Shown here piece by piece: positions 35,841 through 45,018 of a DNA stretch of 53,003 bases (positions are counted from its first letter, which is position 1; every line of letters starts with the position of its first letter). The position numbers and the translations under genes were made by a program. The notes beneath the pieces were generated by a model. That model ran no database searches. It saw only the letters and a program-made list of their open reading frames with translations, and was not told the DNA's origin. Source of the stretch: a virus (taxonomy: Duplodnaviria; Caudoviricetes); the IMG/VR virus record IMGVR_UViG_3300012009_000060, positions 1-53,003 of that record, one strand, 5' to 3'.

Positions 35841-36104
35841 TTACTCAACCATGATCCAATCGTCCTCGAACTGCTTCTTGGGGACCCATGTGACGTACCC
35901 TTCGTGGCGCGGGTCGTCGTGGTTGGCACCGTCGTGATGGGGCACGCCAGGGTCGTGGTCCTCGACGAGGTATCCGTCGGCGGCCAGATCCTCGTCTAGC
36001 GCGGCTGGGGTACTCCAACCGCGGTAGTGGATGTACTCGCCCCGAGTCATCGGGCGAGCCTCGACGATCTTCACGCCGACGTAGGTTTTGGTTTCAGTAG
36101 TCAT
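35841..36104 (-). CDS. conserved phage hypothetical protein (DUF2829-associated type)
   Basis: KTYVGVKIVEARPMTRGEY...DGYLVE...GYVTWVPK.QFE pattern; start set at ATG 36104 with GAAAGGA RBS. Confidence 0.65.
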   Translation of the reverse strand: MTTETKTYVGVKIVEARPMTRGEYIHYRGWSTPAALDEDLAADGYLVEDHDPGVPHHDGANHDDPRHEGYVTWVPKKQFEDDWIMVE

Positions 36105-36114
36105 TTGGTTCCTT

Positions 36115-36312
36115 TCATGAACCAGGGTGTTTACAGGCTTCAAAAATTGTGCACCCGAAAGCCAGGGCGGCATCAGTTTCGGCTGCGGCCGCTTCTGCTT
36201 CTTCCCGGGTGTTGAATGCCTCTGCGTCAAAGGGCTCCAGCCCTTCGTCGGGGAGTGAGAGAAGCGCGACCGTCGTCGCATCAGGTGAGTGGATAGCCAC
36301 AAAGAATGGCAT
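36115..36312 (-). CDS. small hypothetical protein, 65 aa
   Basis: GAAAGGA RBS; F.TREEAE motif. Confidence 0.55.
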   Translation of the reverse strand: MPFFVAIHSPDATTVALLSLPDEGLEPFDAEAFNTREEAEAAAAETDAALAFGCTIFEACKHPGS

Positions 36313-36948
36313 GTCTTGCTTCCTTTCATGGTTGCGTGCCCACGGGCACTATTTAGGTACTGGGTCAATGCCGGCAAGCTGAGCTTTGTCGTTGGGTGGC
36401 TGCATGAAAACAAGCCAATGCGTCATCCCTTGCCGTCCGCTGACCTGCCCAAACAACGGCGGGTATGGCGATAGCGGCAGGATCTCAGAGAGTCGGAGCT
36501 GTGTTTCATTCCATTTGAATACCAGCGTCCCGTCGGGTCGCAGGACGCGGAAGCACTCACGAAAACCGGCGGCAAGGTCATCCTGCCAGGTATCGGACAG
36601 CTTCCCGTAGCGGGCTGCGATCCAGGAACGAGGACCGGCGCGTTTGATATGCGGCGGGTCGAATGCGACCAAGGCGAACGAATTATCGGGGAACGGCAGC
36701 GCTCGAAAGTCCATAATCGCATCAGGCTCGATGTGCAAAACGCGCTGACCGTCCTGCTTACCATGGCTGCGATCGGTTACCGTGACGGTCTCTGATCGCT
36801 GATCACCATAGATCACATCGGGGTGATGGGGGTTGAACCACATGGATCGCGGGCCGCAGCAGGGGTCTAGGATTTGTGGCATGTCTTGCTTCCTTTCAGG
36901 GTTACGTGCCCAGGGGCACTATTTAGGTACTGGGTCAACACCGGCAAG
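36307..36948. repeat. 72-bp direct repeats (36307-36378, 36877-36948) flanking the methyltransferase gene
   Basis: TGGCATGTCTTGCTTCCTTTCA...GTGCCC..GGGCACTATTTAGGTACTGGGTCAA..CCGGCAAG, 570 bp apart, few mismatches. Confidence 0.9.
36349..36882 (-). CDS. class I SAM-dependent methyltransferase (phage type, probably amino-DNA MTase)
   Basis: ILDPCCG SAM motif, DFRALPFPDNSF, FDPPH catalytic motif, ECFRVL, FKWNE. Confidence 0.85.
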   Translation of the reverse strand: MPQILDPCCGPRSMWFNPHHPDVIYGDQRSETVTVTDRSHGKQDGQRVLHIEPDAIMDFRALPFPDNSFALVAFDPPHIKRAGPRSWIAARYGKLSDTWQDDLAAGFRECFRVLRPDGTLVFKWNETQLRLSEILPLSPYPPLFGQVSGRQGMTHWLVFMQPPNDKAQLAGIDPVPK

Positions 36949-39330
36949 TTGTGGCACGAAGTGCCAGGTGGTACCGCGCCGGCGCCAAATGTGTAGTAGG
37001 TCCTGGTATTCTACGGGTACGGTGACGTAGTCGGCACCGGTGCGGGCAGCATGCTCGGTAAGCATACGCTCCGCAGCTCCTATCAGCGAGCGCAGAGAAT
37101 CGAAGCGCGCGCCGGTCGTGTGGTGCCACCACCGTACGGTGGCGTCTGGGCTGAGGTCGTAGGCACCAGCTGAAGCCGGGGCGTCGCGGATGAATTTTTC
37201 GACCGTCATGCCGTCTTCCAGCTGCATTGCTGCAGACAGCCCTTGTGGGGAGAAGGCGCGCATGAAGGTTGCAAGGTGCATGCGCGGCGCGCGCGTCTGC
37301 TCCATGTCAGCTTCAACACCTGAGTGCACGGCCTGATCAGCGTGCGTGTTGATGCGGCACTGCGCCCACTCCATCGCCCGGTCAATGGCGTAGATGCTCT
37401 CGTTTGATCCAGCTTCAATGCCGGACCGCATTTCAAGACACAGCTGGGCAAGGGCGAAATGCGTAGAAAAGCGGGCCCGGCGGGTCGCTCCAGCACGCGT
37501 CTGGTTGATGATGTCCAGTACCGGTTGCGAGGATAGGATCGACCAGGCTGAGAAGCGAATTTCCATTGCGGCGCGGCCGCTGCTGATCTCGTCAAAGGTA
37601 TGAGTGCCGCGCCCCAGGCGTTGGTCGTCCGTCAACGGTCCCAGCCATACCGGGTAGGTGCGAGTCAGCATGTCTGGCCCCCACCGCGTAATTGCTTTGG
37701 CGGATAGGACCAGAGAATGGCGCAGGCTGACCCGGCCATCATTCTGCCTTGCCAAGCCGCCGTTGTAGGTGCCGCCTGTGGCCAGCGTCTGCAGGTGCCG
37801 CTTGGCTAGTGGGTGGTCCTGGCGTGGTGCGACAAACTCGTCAAGCACAATGGTTCCGTGTTCAAGCAGCTGTGTCACAATCGTCCGCGTGTCCGGGGCA
37901 GAGTTGCTATCCGGGCTTGACGAGGCCTGCAACGGCAGCGACGGGCACAGGGCCCGCCCCCACGTCACCGCGGCGGAGGTTTTGCCCGTATTGGTCGCCT
38001 CTTCCACGCTGGCGCTCCACGGCAGAAACACCACGATTGGGAACTCGCGGGTGAGCGAGGGTATTTCATGGCGCAGCAGCGAGGCGAAAACCGTGGTGTC
38101 CATGACAGCCCGGTAGGCGTCTATGAGCTCGGGCGGCAGGGTGGATTCTGAGATATTAGGGAAGTAGCGTTGCAGCACGTCGAACGGCATCTCAGTTACC
38201 GCGTAGGTGTCCGGCAGGGTGTCCCATAGGACTTCACGCTCAATGCGCCGCATTTCCGTGCGTGCGTCGTCCAGATTCCAATGGTACCCCAAGATCAGCT
38301 CGTCGGTGTCGCGCACGTCCACCACCACTCCCCGCATGGGGTCGCCTCGGTGTGGCCGGGCCAGCTTCACGCCGCTGAGCTCCGCGCCGTGCTGCACCCA
38401 TGCATCAGGGTCAGGCGCGGGGGCTGGAACGAGCGTGGACCAGGGCCCGGCCACAACATCCGGCGGCAGGCTTGAAAGCGGGCGCAGCTGGCACAAATCA
38501 CCGAACGACATGGCCATAAGCGCAGAGTGAAGAGCGTCGTACCAGCGGCGAGCTGGGTCTGAATCACCCAAGCGCGGGACGCGGAGGCCGCGAGTCACCA
38601 TTCCCAGTGAGGCCGCAGTGAGGCCAGCGAAGCCCGTGGACATGCGAGTGTCAACCAGGTGGCGGGTGCCGCCGTATATGATGGCCAATCGGGCGTCGGG
38701 CGCGCGCCGTGCGTATTTAAGAACGTGCAGGAAAGCAAGCGCCCGCAGCCAGTCCGGAGCAAAGTGCTCGGGAAACGCCAGCTGGCGCAGCTGCGGGTAT
38801 TTGAGCGCGGTCAGCTGCGCCGGCCACCCGCACTGCACGTGTGCGCGTTGGTTCTCACGTTCCCACGTGTCCCGGTCCTCCTCTGGATTGAATGGGCAGC
38901 GCGGGTCGCGCGTGAGGGCAGTAACCAAGGGTCGCCAGTAGCCGTACCCACACCCGGCAAGCAACATGCGCACCGGCGCCCACCAATAAACGTCATGGTG
39001 TTGTGGATACGTGTGTGGCAGTGGGAGCCAGTGCGCCGCGAGCCGTATCCAGGCGCGCAGTATGTCTTCGTGCGCTGGGTCGTTAGGTACGGTGTGGGCC
39101 CCGCGCACAAGTAGTGCGTCCATTGTTTCTTGGGATTCGGTGCATACATCCAGCCCGGTGCGGGCCCCGTCGTCGCGTGGGTAAATGGCGGTATGTATGT
39201 CGTGGGCAGCCTGGGCGGTGTTTATAACAGAGTCGATGTATGCGGTAAATATCTCCCACGTGTCGCATTCAGACGCGAGGTCTATATATGGTCGGTACTT
39301 CTCCGGTACGTTTGCGGGTTCGTCTTTCAT
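36919..39330 (-). CDS. large P-loop NTPase, probable primase-helicase
   Basis: Walker A TNTGKTS, Walker B IVLDE; divergent from the DNA polymerase; start set at ATG 39330 with GAAAGGGG RBS. Confidence 0.6.
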   Translation of the reverse strand: MKDEPANVPEKYRPYIDLASECDTWEIFTAYIDSVINTAQAAHDIHTAIYPRDDGARTGLDVCTESQETMDALLVRGAHTVPNDPAHEDILRAWIRLAAHWLPLPHTYPQHHDVYWWAPVRMLLAGCGYGYWRPLVTALTRDPRCPFNPEEDRDTWERENQRAHVQCGWPAQLTALKYPQLRQLAFPEHFAPDWLRALAFLHVLKYARRAPDARLAIIYGGTRHLVDTRMSTGFAGLTAASLGMVTRGLRVPRLGDSDPARRWYDALHSALMAMSFGDLCQLRPLSSLPPDVVAGPWSTLVPAPAPDPDAWVQHGAELSGVKLARPHRGDPMRGVVVDVRDTDELILGYHWNLDDARTEMRRIEREVLWDTLPDTYAVTEMPFDVLQRYFPNISESTLPPELIDAYRAVMDTTVFASLLRHEIPSLTREFPIVVFLPWSASVEEATNTGKTSAAVTWGRALCPSLPLQASSSPDSNSAPDTRTIVTQLLEHGTIVLDEFVAPRQDHPLAKRHLQTLATGGTYNGGLARQNDGRVSLRHSLVLSAKAITRWGPDMLTRTYPVWLGPLTDDQRLGRGTHTFDEISSGRAAMEIRFSAWSILSSQPVLDIINQTRAGATRRARFSTHFALAQLCLEMRSGIEAGSNESIYAIDRAMEWAQCRINTHADQAVHSGVEADMEQTRAPRMHLATFMRAFSPQGLSAAMQLEDGMTVEKFIRDAPASAGAYDLSPDATVRWWHHTTGARFDSLRSLIGAAERMLTEHAARTGADYVTVPVEYQDLLHIWRRRGTTWHFVPQLAGVDPVPK

Positions 39331-39348
39331 GCAGCCCCTTTCTTGCTC

Positions 39349-39388
39349 ATAGTATTGCGCTTGACACCAGGATATCAAGTGGCATCCT
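39349..39388. promoter_or_regulatory. overlapping divergent promoters
   Basis: Plus strand TTGACA(39361)-16 bp-CATCCT with TG extension; minus strand TTGATA(39378)-18 bp-TACTAT. Confidence 0.5.
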
Positions 39389-39496
39389 TGTGGGTGTCGG
39401 TGGGGCACAGAGCACCTTACCACGGCCCGGCCGCGCGGCAACGTGCGGGAACACGGCATATGTGGTAGGGTCGAAACTGACCAACCAGGAGGGGCA

Positions 39497-41662
39497 ATGG
39501 ACTACCTCTATCTCGACTGTGAAAACCTGATGGACAAGCCGAACGGCTTTTCCCTTGGCGCCCTGCCGTTGCGCACGTACCTACGGGATGCCACTACTAC
39601 CGCGCTAGCGTACGCGGTAAACGATGACCCGGTGACGGTCATCTACGACCCCGAAGAGGACTTCACGTTCATCGAGCAGCTACGGGAAGCCTTGCTTGAT
39701 GAGGACGTGTGCCTAGTGGCGCATGAGTGGTCTTACGACGCGCGCGTATTGGTACACCGGTTTGGGTTGCCATACCCGTGCCATGGACACTGCACAATTG
39801 ACTTAGCGCATGCGGCCTGGCCCCAACAACCAGGCGGGTACGGGGCGGCCGCCTTGGCACATGTGCCTGCGGTAGCCAACATCCTACACCGGCGAGGGGC
39901 AGCACCAGACAAGCTCAGCATTGATTTGAATACCGGCTGCTATACGCACGAAGCACTGCACTCCTATGTTGCGCAAGATGTGGAGATATGCCGGGCCGTG
40001 CATGAGGCGGCGTGTGCGCGTGTCTCCGAGTTAGAAATGCGCATTGAAGAAACGACGACACGGTTCCGGCAGCTGGCCCTTCGCATTGATCAGGAGCGGC
40101 TGGCAGCGGCCGCCACGCAGTTCAATGCGCAGGCTCTAGAGGGTATGCGGGAAGCAATAGAGATCTTAGGGGCCGACAGTGAAGAGGCGTTCGGGTTTGA
40201 TGGGGAAAACATCAAGAGCGTCAAGCAAACCCCCCTACGGCAGTACCTGCTGGAAGTGTGCGCGTTTGATACTCCCACTATTTCACTGAAGAAAATTTCC
40301 AGTGCCAAGTTATCCAAAAACCGGCTGGCGTCCCGTGTGCTGCACGGCAGTTCGCGCGCCAACCGCATGCGCTGGCACCGGCAGAATGTGTCGAAGCTAG
40401 CCGGTGTCCTAGAAGTGGACTGCGAACTTGCCAATTTCCGCAGCCACACCGGGCGGAGTTCAAGCCCGGCAGTGGGAAAAGGCATTAACCTGTTAAACCT
40501 GCCCAAGCATGACAAGACAGTGGCGCGGCCTATTCGCGAAAGTTACCGGTTTCCTGAAGGAATGTGTGCGGTGCGCGCAGACGCAAGCAACCTGGAGTAC
40601 CGAATGGGTGTTCTCATGACCGGATGTGAGCACGGTATCCAGCTGTTTGGCAATGATCCGTTCGCCGATCCGTACCTTGCCTTCTGGTACGACTCCACCC
40701 GCCGTACCATCTCACGGTCCGATCCAGAGCGCCAGATGCCGAAAATGGCGGTGCTGGCTTTGGAATACTTGATGAGCGCGGGCGCCTGGTGCGGGCACCT
40801 AGCGCGCGAATTGGCCAAGCCGTATACGAAACTGCGCGAAGAAAATTTGATTCAGATTGCAGACGACCAAGGGTGGCGGTACGCGCAAGTGGACAAGTGG
40901 ACACGAGCGCGGGGGACTCAACTGGGGCTGTCGCAGGGGCTCGTTGCCGTGGGCTGGCATACGCATCGTATCTTCCACGAAGTACACCCGGAGTTTCTGG
41001 CATTTGCTAAATGGGTACTGCGCGCGATAAAAGCCATTGTTGGCGCGCCGGCTTCGTACCGCGAATGGGTATGCGAAGAAAAGATATGGCAGTTTCGGAA
41101 TGCTCCAGACCGGCAGTGGTTTGACATGCACCTGGATCCAGAGCTGGAGGGGGTGTCACTGGCGGTGACGGTAGGCCGGTGGTCGCGCACGGTTGTGTGG
41201 CGGGACTTGGGCGTTCGCGATACCCCGTATGGGTACAACATGACGTGCCTGCAGGCTGGCAATAAAGGGTACAGAGCACTGACAAAAAACCTCGTGATTG
41301 AAAATCCGTGCCAGAGCCTTGGCCGGAACGCGGTGGCGGCGTGCAAGCTCGCGCTGGAGGCCCGCGGACACCAGTACATAGGCGACGTGCACGACGAAAT
41401 TCTTACCGTGGTACCGCGAACCCGCGAGCACGTGCTGCGGGCGCATCAAGACTTGATGGAGACCGGGGGACCTGGCAATTCTTTGGGGTACGGCTGGGCG
41501 TTCCAGCTGGATGCCAACGAAGTTCTGTGCAGCGAAAGCTGGTATAGTGACGACATGGGCAAGCTGCTTCCGGAGATTGCACCTGGCAAACACCCGCACA
41601 ATACCGAGTGGTGGGAGCGCCTACGTGACGGCGATGACTCATTGCTTGAAACCCTTTGGTGA
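39497..41662 (+). CDS. polA: family A DNA polymerase with 3'-5' exonuclease
   Basis: Exo motifs LDCE, AHEWSYD, YVAQD; HTGRSSS, NLLNLP; motif A ADASNLEYR, motif B RQMPKMAVLALEY, motif C VHDE; AGGAGG RBS. Confidence 0.9.
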   Translation: MDYLYLDCENLMDKPNGFSLGALPLRTYLRDATTTALAYAVNDDPVTVIYDPEEDFTFIEQLREALLDEDVCLVAHEWSYDARVLVHRFGLPYPCHGHCTIDLAHAAWPQQPGGYGAAALAHVPAVANILHRRGAAPDKLSIDLNTGCYTHEALHSYVAQDVEICRAVHEAACARVSELEMRIEETTTRFRQLALRIDQERLAAAATQFNAQALEGMREAIEILGADSEEAFGFDGENIKSVKQTPLRQYLLEVCAFDTPTISLKKISSAKLSKNRLASRVLHGSSRANRMRWHRQNVSKLAGVLEVDCELANFRSHTGRSSSPAVGKGINLLNLPKHDKTVARPIRESYRFPEGMCAVRADASNLEYRMGVLMTGCEHGIQLFGNDPFADPYLAFWYDSTRRTISRSDPERQMPKMAVLALEYLMSAGAWCGHLARELAKPYTKLREENLIQIADDQGWRYAQVDKWTRARGTQLGLSQGLVAVGWHTHRIFHEVHPEFLAFAKWVLRAIKAIVGAPASYREWVCEEKIWQFRNAPDRQWFDMHLDPELEGVSLAVTVGRWSRTVVWRDLGVRDTPYGYNMTCLQAGNKGYRALTKNLVIENPCQSLGRNAVAACKLALEARGHQYIGDVHDEILTVVPRTREHVLRAHQDLMETGGPGNSLGYGWAFQLDANEVLCSESWYSDDMGKLLPEIAPGKHPHNTEWWERLRDGDDSLLETLW

Positions 41663-41670
41663 GGACACAC

Positions 41671-41940
41671 ATGAAAACCGGATACATACCATTCGCAAAA
41701 TCCCTGCGCGAGCTGCGCAAGAAACACAAGCTATCTACCCGTGACGTCGCAGATGAGTTGGGGGTGTCAGAGGCTGCGATATGTGCGTATGAAAGTGCGT
41801 ATCGTTCCCCGTCTCTTGCCATATTGATGGATTTGGCCTCTCTGTTCCATACGTCACTTGATGTAATGGCAGGGCGCGAAGGCCTACCACCTGCGAAACA
41901 GTGCCCGCGGTGTCACGGGGCGGGGTTCGTGCATGAGTAG
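41671..41940 (+). CDS. XRE/Cro-C1 helix-turn-helix regulator
   Basis: LRELRKK..LS..DVA..LGVS...I..YE...R.PS pattern; C-terminal CPRCHGAG. Confidence 0.85.
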   Translation: MKTGYIPFAKSLRELRKKHKLSTRDVADELGVSEAAICAYESAYRSPSLAILMDLASLFHTSLDVMAGREGLPPAKQCPRCHGAGFVHE

Positions 41941-43618
41941 TATTACGTACTACCCAGAAGTACTGTGGCCAGAGCTGGGTATCAAGCCCCAAGCAGTGTC
42001 ATCCGCTGACCGCCCGTATTGCGCGTTGACGATGGCGTTAGCCTGCTGGCAAGCCGATGCGCGCGGGCTACCGCGTAAGGGCAGTCTGCGCGGACCAGAC
42101 TTGGCCGACATTACGGACCCGATGGAAGTTGGCAAAGTACTCTCAGCCGCTTTCCGCGAGCACGGGGTCAGCTGGATCCGTGCAAACCGGTGGGCTGAGA
42201 GTCTGCGCCGGCACAAGGTGCTGGACCCTGTCGAGCTGATCACCAGCGCGGTCGACGCTTCGGGACAGACCTACACCCTTGACCCGTACCAGATTGACGC
42301 CATTGCCCACATGACGCCGCACGGTGGCATATTCGACTTAGACACTGGGCTGGGGAAAACACTGGGGGCCGTGTGCTATGCGTTGACGGTAGTGGAACAG
42401 GGGTTTGCGGCTGCGAGCCGCTGCTGGATCCTGGCCCCTCGTAATGCGTCGGAGGCGTGGAGCCATTGGCTGAAGCCCCTTGAGGAAGTGTTCGAAGATG
42501 TGCGCTTCGTTTCAGTGGACAGTGCGCACAAACTTATCGGAGATAGCGGCGACGGCGGGGTGCTGATCCTGGACGAAACGCACATGCTGGGGGGAGCGTC
42601 GACGCGTCGCACCCGTTCGGTACTTGAGGTGCGCAAATCCTTTGACAGCGCCCTCAGTGCAACCGGCACGTTCCTGCATGGAGGGATTGAACGCACCCTG
42701 TCCGTGCTGGACATCGCCCTTCCGGGCGCTGCGGTATTCTCAAGCCGGTGGAAATGCGGAGACCGGTTCAAATGCCTAGTGCGCAAGAACATTGGCCCTC
42801 GCACAGTCACCGAACTAGAAAAACCCCACGGCACCCTGCGCGCAGAGTATTTTCAGTACCTATCGCTGTTTGTGGTGTCACAGGATAAATCCGACGAGAG
42901 CATTCGCGCCCAGATTGGCTTAAGTGGCGTGGACCAGGATGTAGTGACAGAGAAAATCGGCACCGCGTTCGGCCAGAAAGCGGCCCTGGACCTGTGGGTA
43001 GCGTCAGCTATCGAGCTGGCTGGTGGAGATCCGAGCCAGTCCCCGGAAGCGGCATGCAACGCCAAGCTAGAATGGCCACACGCCTCCGCTGTCATGCACG
43101 CCATGGCGCGCCAGGGAATCGAACAGAAAATTGAATGGTTGGCCACCCACATGGACGATACCGACCTGCCCCTAGTCATTTTTGCACATTCTCTTTACAG
43201 CTTGGACGTGCTTGAGGCCGCCTTTTTTGAGGCCGGTATGCCGACTGTGCGTGTTGACGGCGGAGTAACCCGCGGGCGAGATGACCTTATCCACAGGTTT
43301 CAACAAGGAGACGTGAATGTGTTTTTAGCACAGTGCGCTGCCGCAGGCGTGAGCATGAACCTGCAGTGCTCATGTCTGTCAGTAGCGTTTGACCACGGCC
43401 GCGACCCTACCGTATACTACCAGCTGCTGGGCCGCACCTACCGACGTGGCCAGACGCGCGATTGCCTGCACGTCGACCTGGTCACCAACGATTTGCAGGT
43501 TGGCATCGTCAAACGCCTGCGAGACGCGCAGGCGTTCGACGCAAGCTGTTCAGAATGGCAGCGCATGAAGTCCATCAACGACGACCTGCGTGCCCACTAC
43601 CATCACCTTGATGCATGA
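41933..43618 (+). CDS. superfamily 2 (SNF2-like) helicase
   Basis: YQ Q-motif, DTGLGKT, LILDETH, SATGT, AAGVSMNL, QLLGRTYRRGQ. Confidence 0.85.
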   Translation: MSSITYYPEVLWPELGIKPQAVSSADRPYCALTMALACWQADARGLPRKGSLRGPDLADITDPMEVGKVLSAAFREHGVSWIRANRWAESLRRHKVLDPVELITSAVDASGQTYTLDPYQIDAIAHMTPHGGIFDLDTGLGKTLGAVCYALTVVEQGFAAASRCWILAPRNASEAWSHWLKPLEEVFEDVRFVSVDSAHKLIGDSGDGGVLILDETHMLGGASTRRTRSVLEVRKSFDSALSATGTFLHGGIERTLSVLDIALPGAAVFSSRWKCGDRFKCLVRKNIGPRTVTELEKPHGTLRAEYFQYLSLFVVSQDKSDESIRAQIGLSGVDQDVVTEKIGTAFGQKAALDLWVASAIELAGGDPSQSPEAACNAKLEWPHASAVMHAMARQGIEQKIEWLATHMDDTDLPLVIFAHSLYSLDVLEAAFFEAGMPTVRVDGGVTRGRDDLIHRFQQGDVNVFLAQCAAAGVSMNLQCSCLSVAFDHGRDPTVYYQLLGRTYRRGQTRDCLHVDLVTNDLQVGIVKRLRDAQAFDASCSEWQRMKSINDDLRAHYHHLDA

Positions 43619-43631
43619 AAGGAGGGTCACC

Positions 43632-43955
43632 ATGCCCTGGCATCCTATCTTCCGCAGCATCCCCGTAGTGGGGTGCTACTTCCGCTCCGAAGAGGAGCAA
43701 ATGGCGGCAAAAGCCCTGACGCACGGCGCACCCGTGGCTCTTGTGCTGGAGCCCGAAAACGAACACGACAACCGCGCCGTTGCGGTACACACCCCTGGCG
43801 GCCAGCATATCGGGTACATCCCGGCGCATTCGTCCGGGGCGGTGTATGCGCTGGCTGAACTGGTCGAAGCGGAGATTGACACCCACGCTTATGTGACCAA
43901 GGTGTCGTCGAAGGGCTGGCCCGTCATCACAGTTGTGGTGGGGGACGAGTCATGA
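43632..43955 (+). CDS. HIRAN-domain protein
   Basis: LVLEPENEHDNRAVAV...HIGYIP; start ATG 43632 after AAGGAGG. Confidence 0.85.
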   Translation: MPWHPIFRSIPVVGCYFRSEEEQMAAKALTHGAPVALVLEPENEHDNRAVAVHTPGGQHIGYIPAHSSGAVYALAELVEAEIDTHAYVTKVSSKGWPVITVVVGDES

Positions 43956-44557
43956 CCCCTGCCCACCCAGACGAAGAGCTGCTGGAAGCGGCCCTTGAGC
44001 GGCTGGCAGCCGCCAAGACCCTGGACATTACCGATGACGAGAGCGCCGACGCGGCGCGCGAGATTCTCGTTCAGGTGCAAAAGCTGCGCACAAAGGCCGA
44101 GACGGCACGCAAAAAGGGCAAACAGCCCTGGCTGGCCGGGGGCCGGGAAGTGGACGCACACTTCAAACCCGTATTGGATGCGCTGGACAAGGCAAAGGGT
44201 AAGGCCAAGGCTGCCATGAATGCGTACCTGATGAAGGTGCGCACCGCCCAGCGCGAGGCCGCGCGCCGGGAGGAAGCCCAGGCTGCCGAGACTGTAAGCC
44301 TGCGCAAGGCCGCCGGCGCCGAGAGCATGAGCGACGACGGGCACCTGACCCCGCAGCTGCGGCCCGAGGAACTGGAAGCCCCCGAAACTCCCGCTTTCTC
44401 TACGACCCGTATCCCCACGCTGGTGCTGGGCGACGAGTCCAAGATACCGGCCGAATTCTGGTACATCGACAAGACGGCGGTTCGACGGGCCCTGGCCGAG
44501 GGGCGGAAAGTCGGGGAAGCCCGCATTGAGTACATTGAACAAATAGCAGCCCGATAG
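43952..44557 (+). CDS. coiled-coil phage protein with Gp157/Gam-like C-terminus
   Basis: Long helix and DESKIPAEF..IDK.AVR.AL..G..V motif. Confidence 0.55.
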   Translation: MTPAHPDEELLEAALERLAAAKTLDITDDESADAAREILVQVQKLRTKAETARKKGKQPWLAGGREVDAHFKPVLDALDKAKGKAKAAMNAYLMKVRTAQREAARREEAQAAETVSLRKAAGAESMSDDGHLTPQLRPEELEAPETPAFSTTRIPTLVLGDESKIPAEFWYIDKTAVRRALAEGRKVGEARIEYIEQIAAR

Positions 44558-44573
44558 GGCAGGAGATACCCCC

Positions 44574-44786
44574 ATGCAACACCCCATGCGACCACAGCTC
44601 GCTGAAGACATAGCAGAAAATTCCAAACCCGCACTTGCCGAGGAGCCGGAAAACTTTGTGTTTTCCCCCGCGCAAGTTGCCCACTACGTGATGACCCTTC
44701 CCGAGCATCACCGGGTAAAATGGCTACAGAGTCTGGCGTATCTCGTGAACGATGCCGCTTCTGGCTGTAAAGGAGGAAACCCATGA
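44574..44786 (+). CDS. hypothetical protein, 70 aa
   Basis: AGGAG RBS; ATGA coupling. Confidence 0.55.
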   Translation: MQHPMRPQLAEDIAENSKPALAEEPENFVFSPAQVAHYVMTLPEHHRVKWLQSLAYLVNDAASGCKGGNP

Positions 44787-44950
44787 CAGCCCTGACGGTA
44801 TTTGCAATGGCGCTAGCCGCGATGACCGCGGCTAACGCTGACCCGAAGGGCTCTGACAATAGGCACGAGCTACAAGCGACGCTTGCTGGGTGCCGAGCAA
44901 CAAGCTTGGCCACACTGGTGCTGCTCGTGCTCAACGAAATTTTCCGGTAG
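44783..44950 (+). CDS. small hydrophobic protein, 55 aa
   Basis: Below the ORF-track cutoff; AAGGAGG RBS; MTALTVFAMALAAM...LVLLVLNEIFR*. Confidence 0.45.
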   Translation: MTALTVFAMALAAMTAANADPKGSDNRHELQATLAGCRATSLATLVLLVLNEIFR

Positions 44951-45018
44951 ACATCCTACCATTCCTAGATACCATGCGGTTTCGTACGGTATCTTTCACC
45001 CACACCCAGGAGCAAATC

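Noticed and set aside
39443-39496. Upstream extensions given by the ORF track for polA, terL, the NTPase, 44890 and 46115
   Set aside because: They overlap promoters or other genes; downstream starts have better SD sequences or translational coupling
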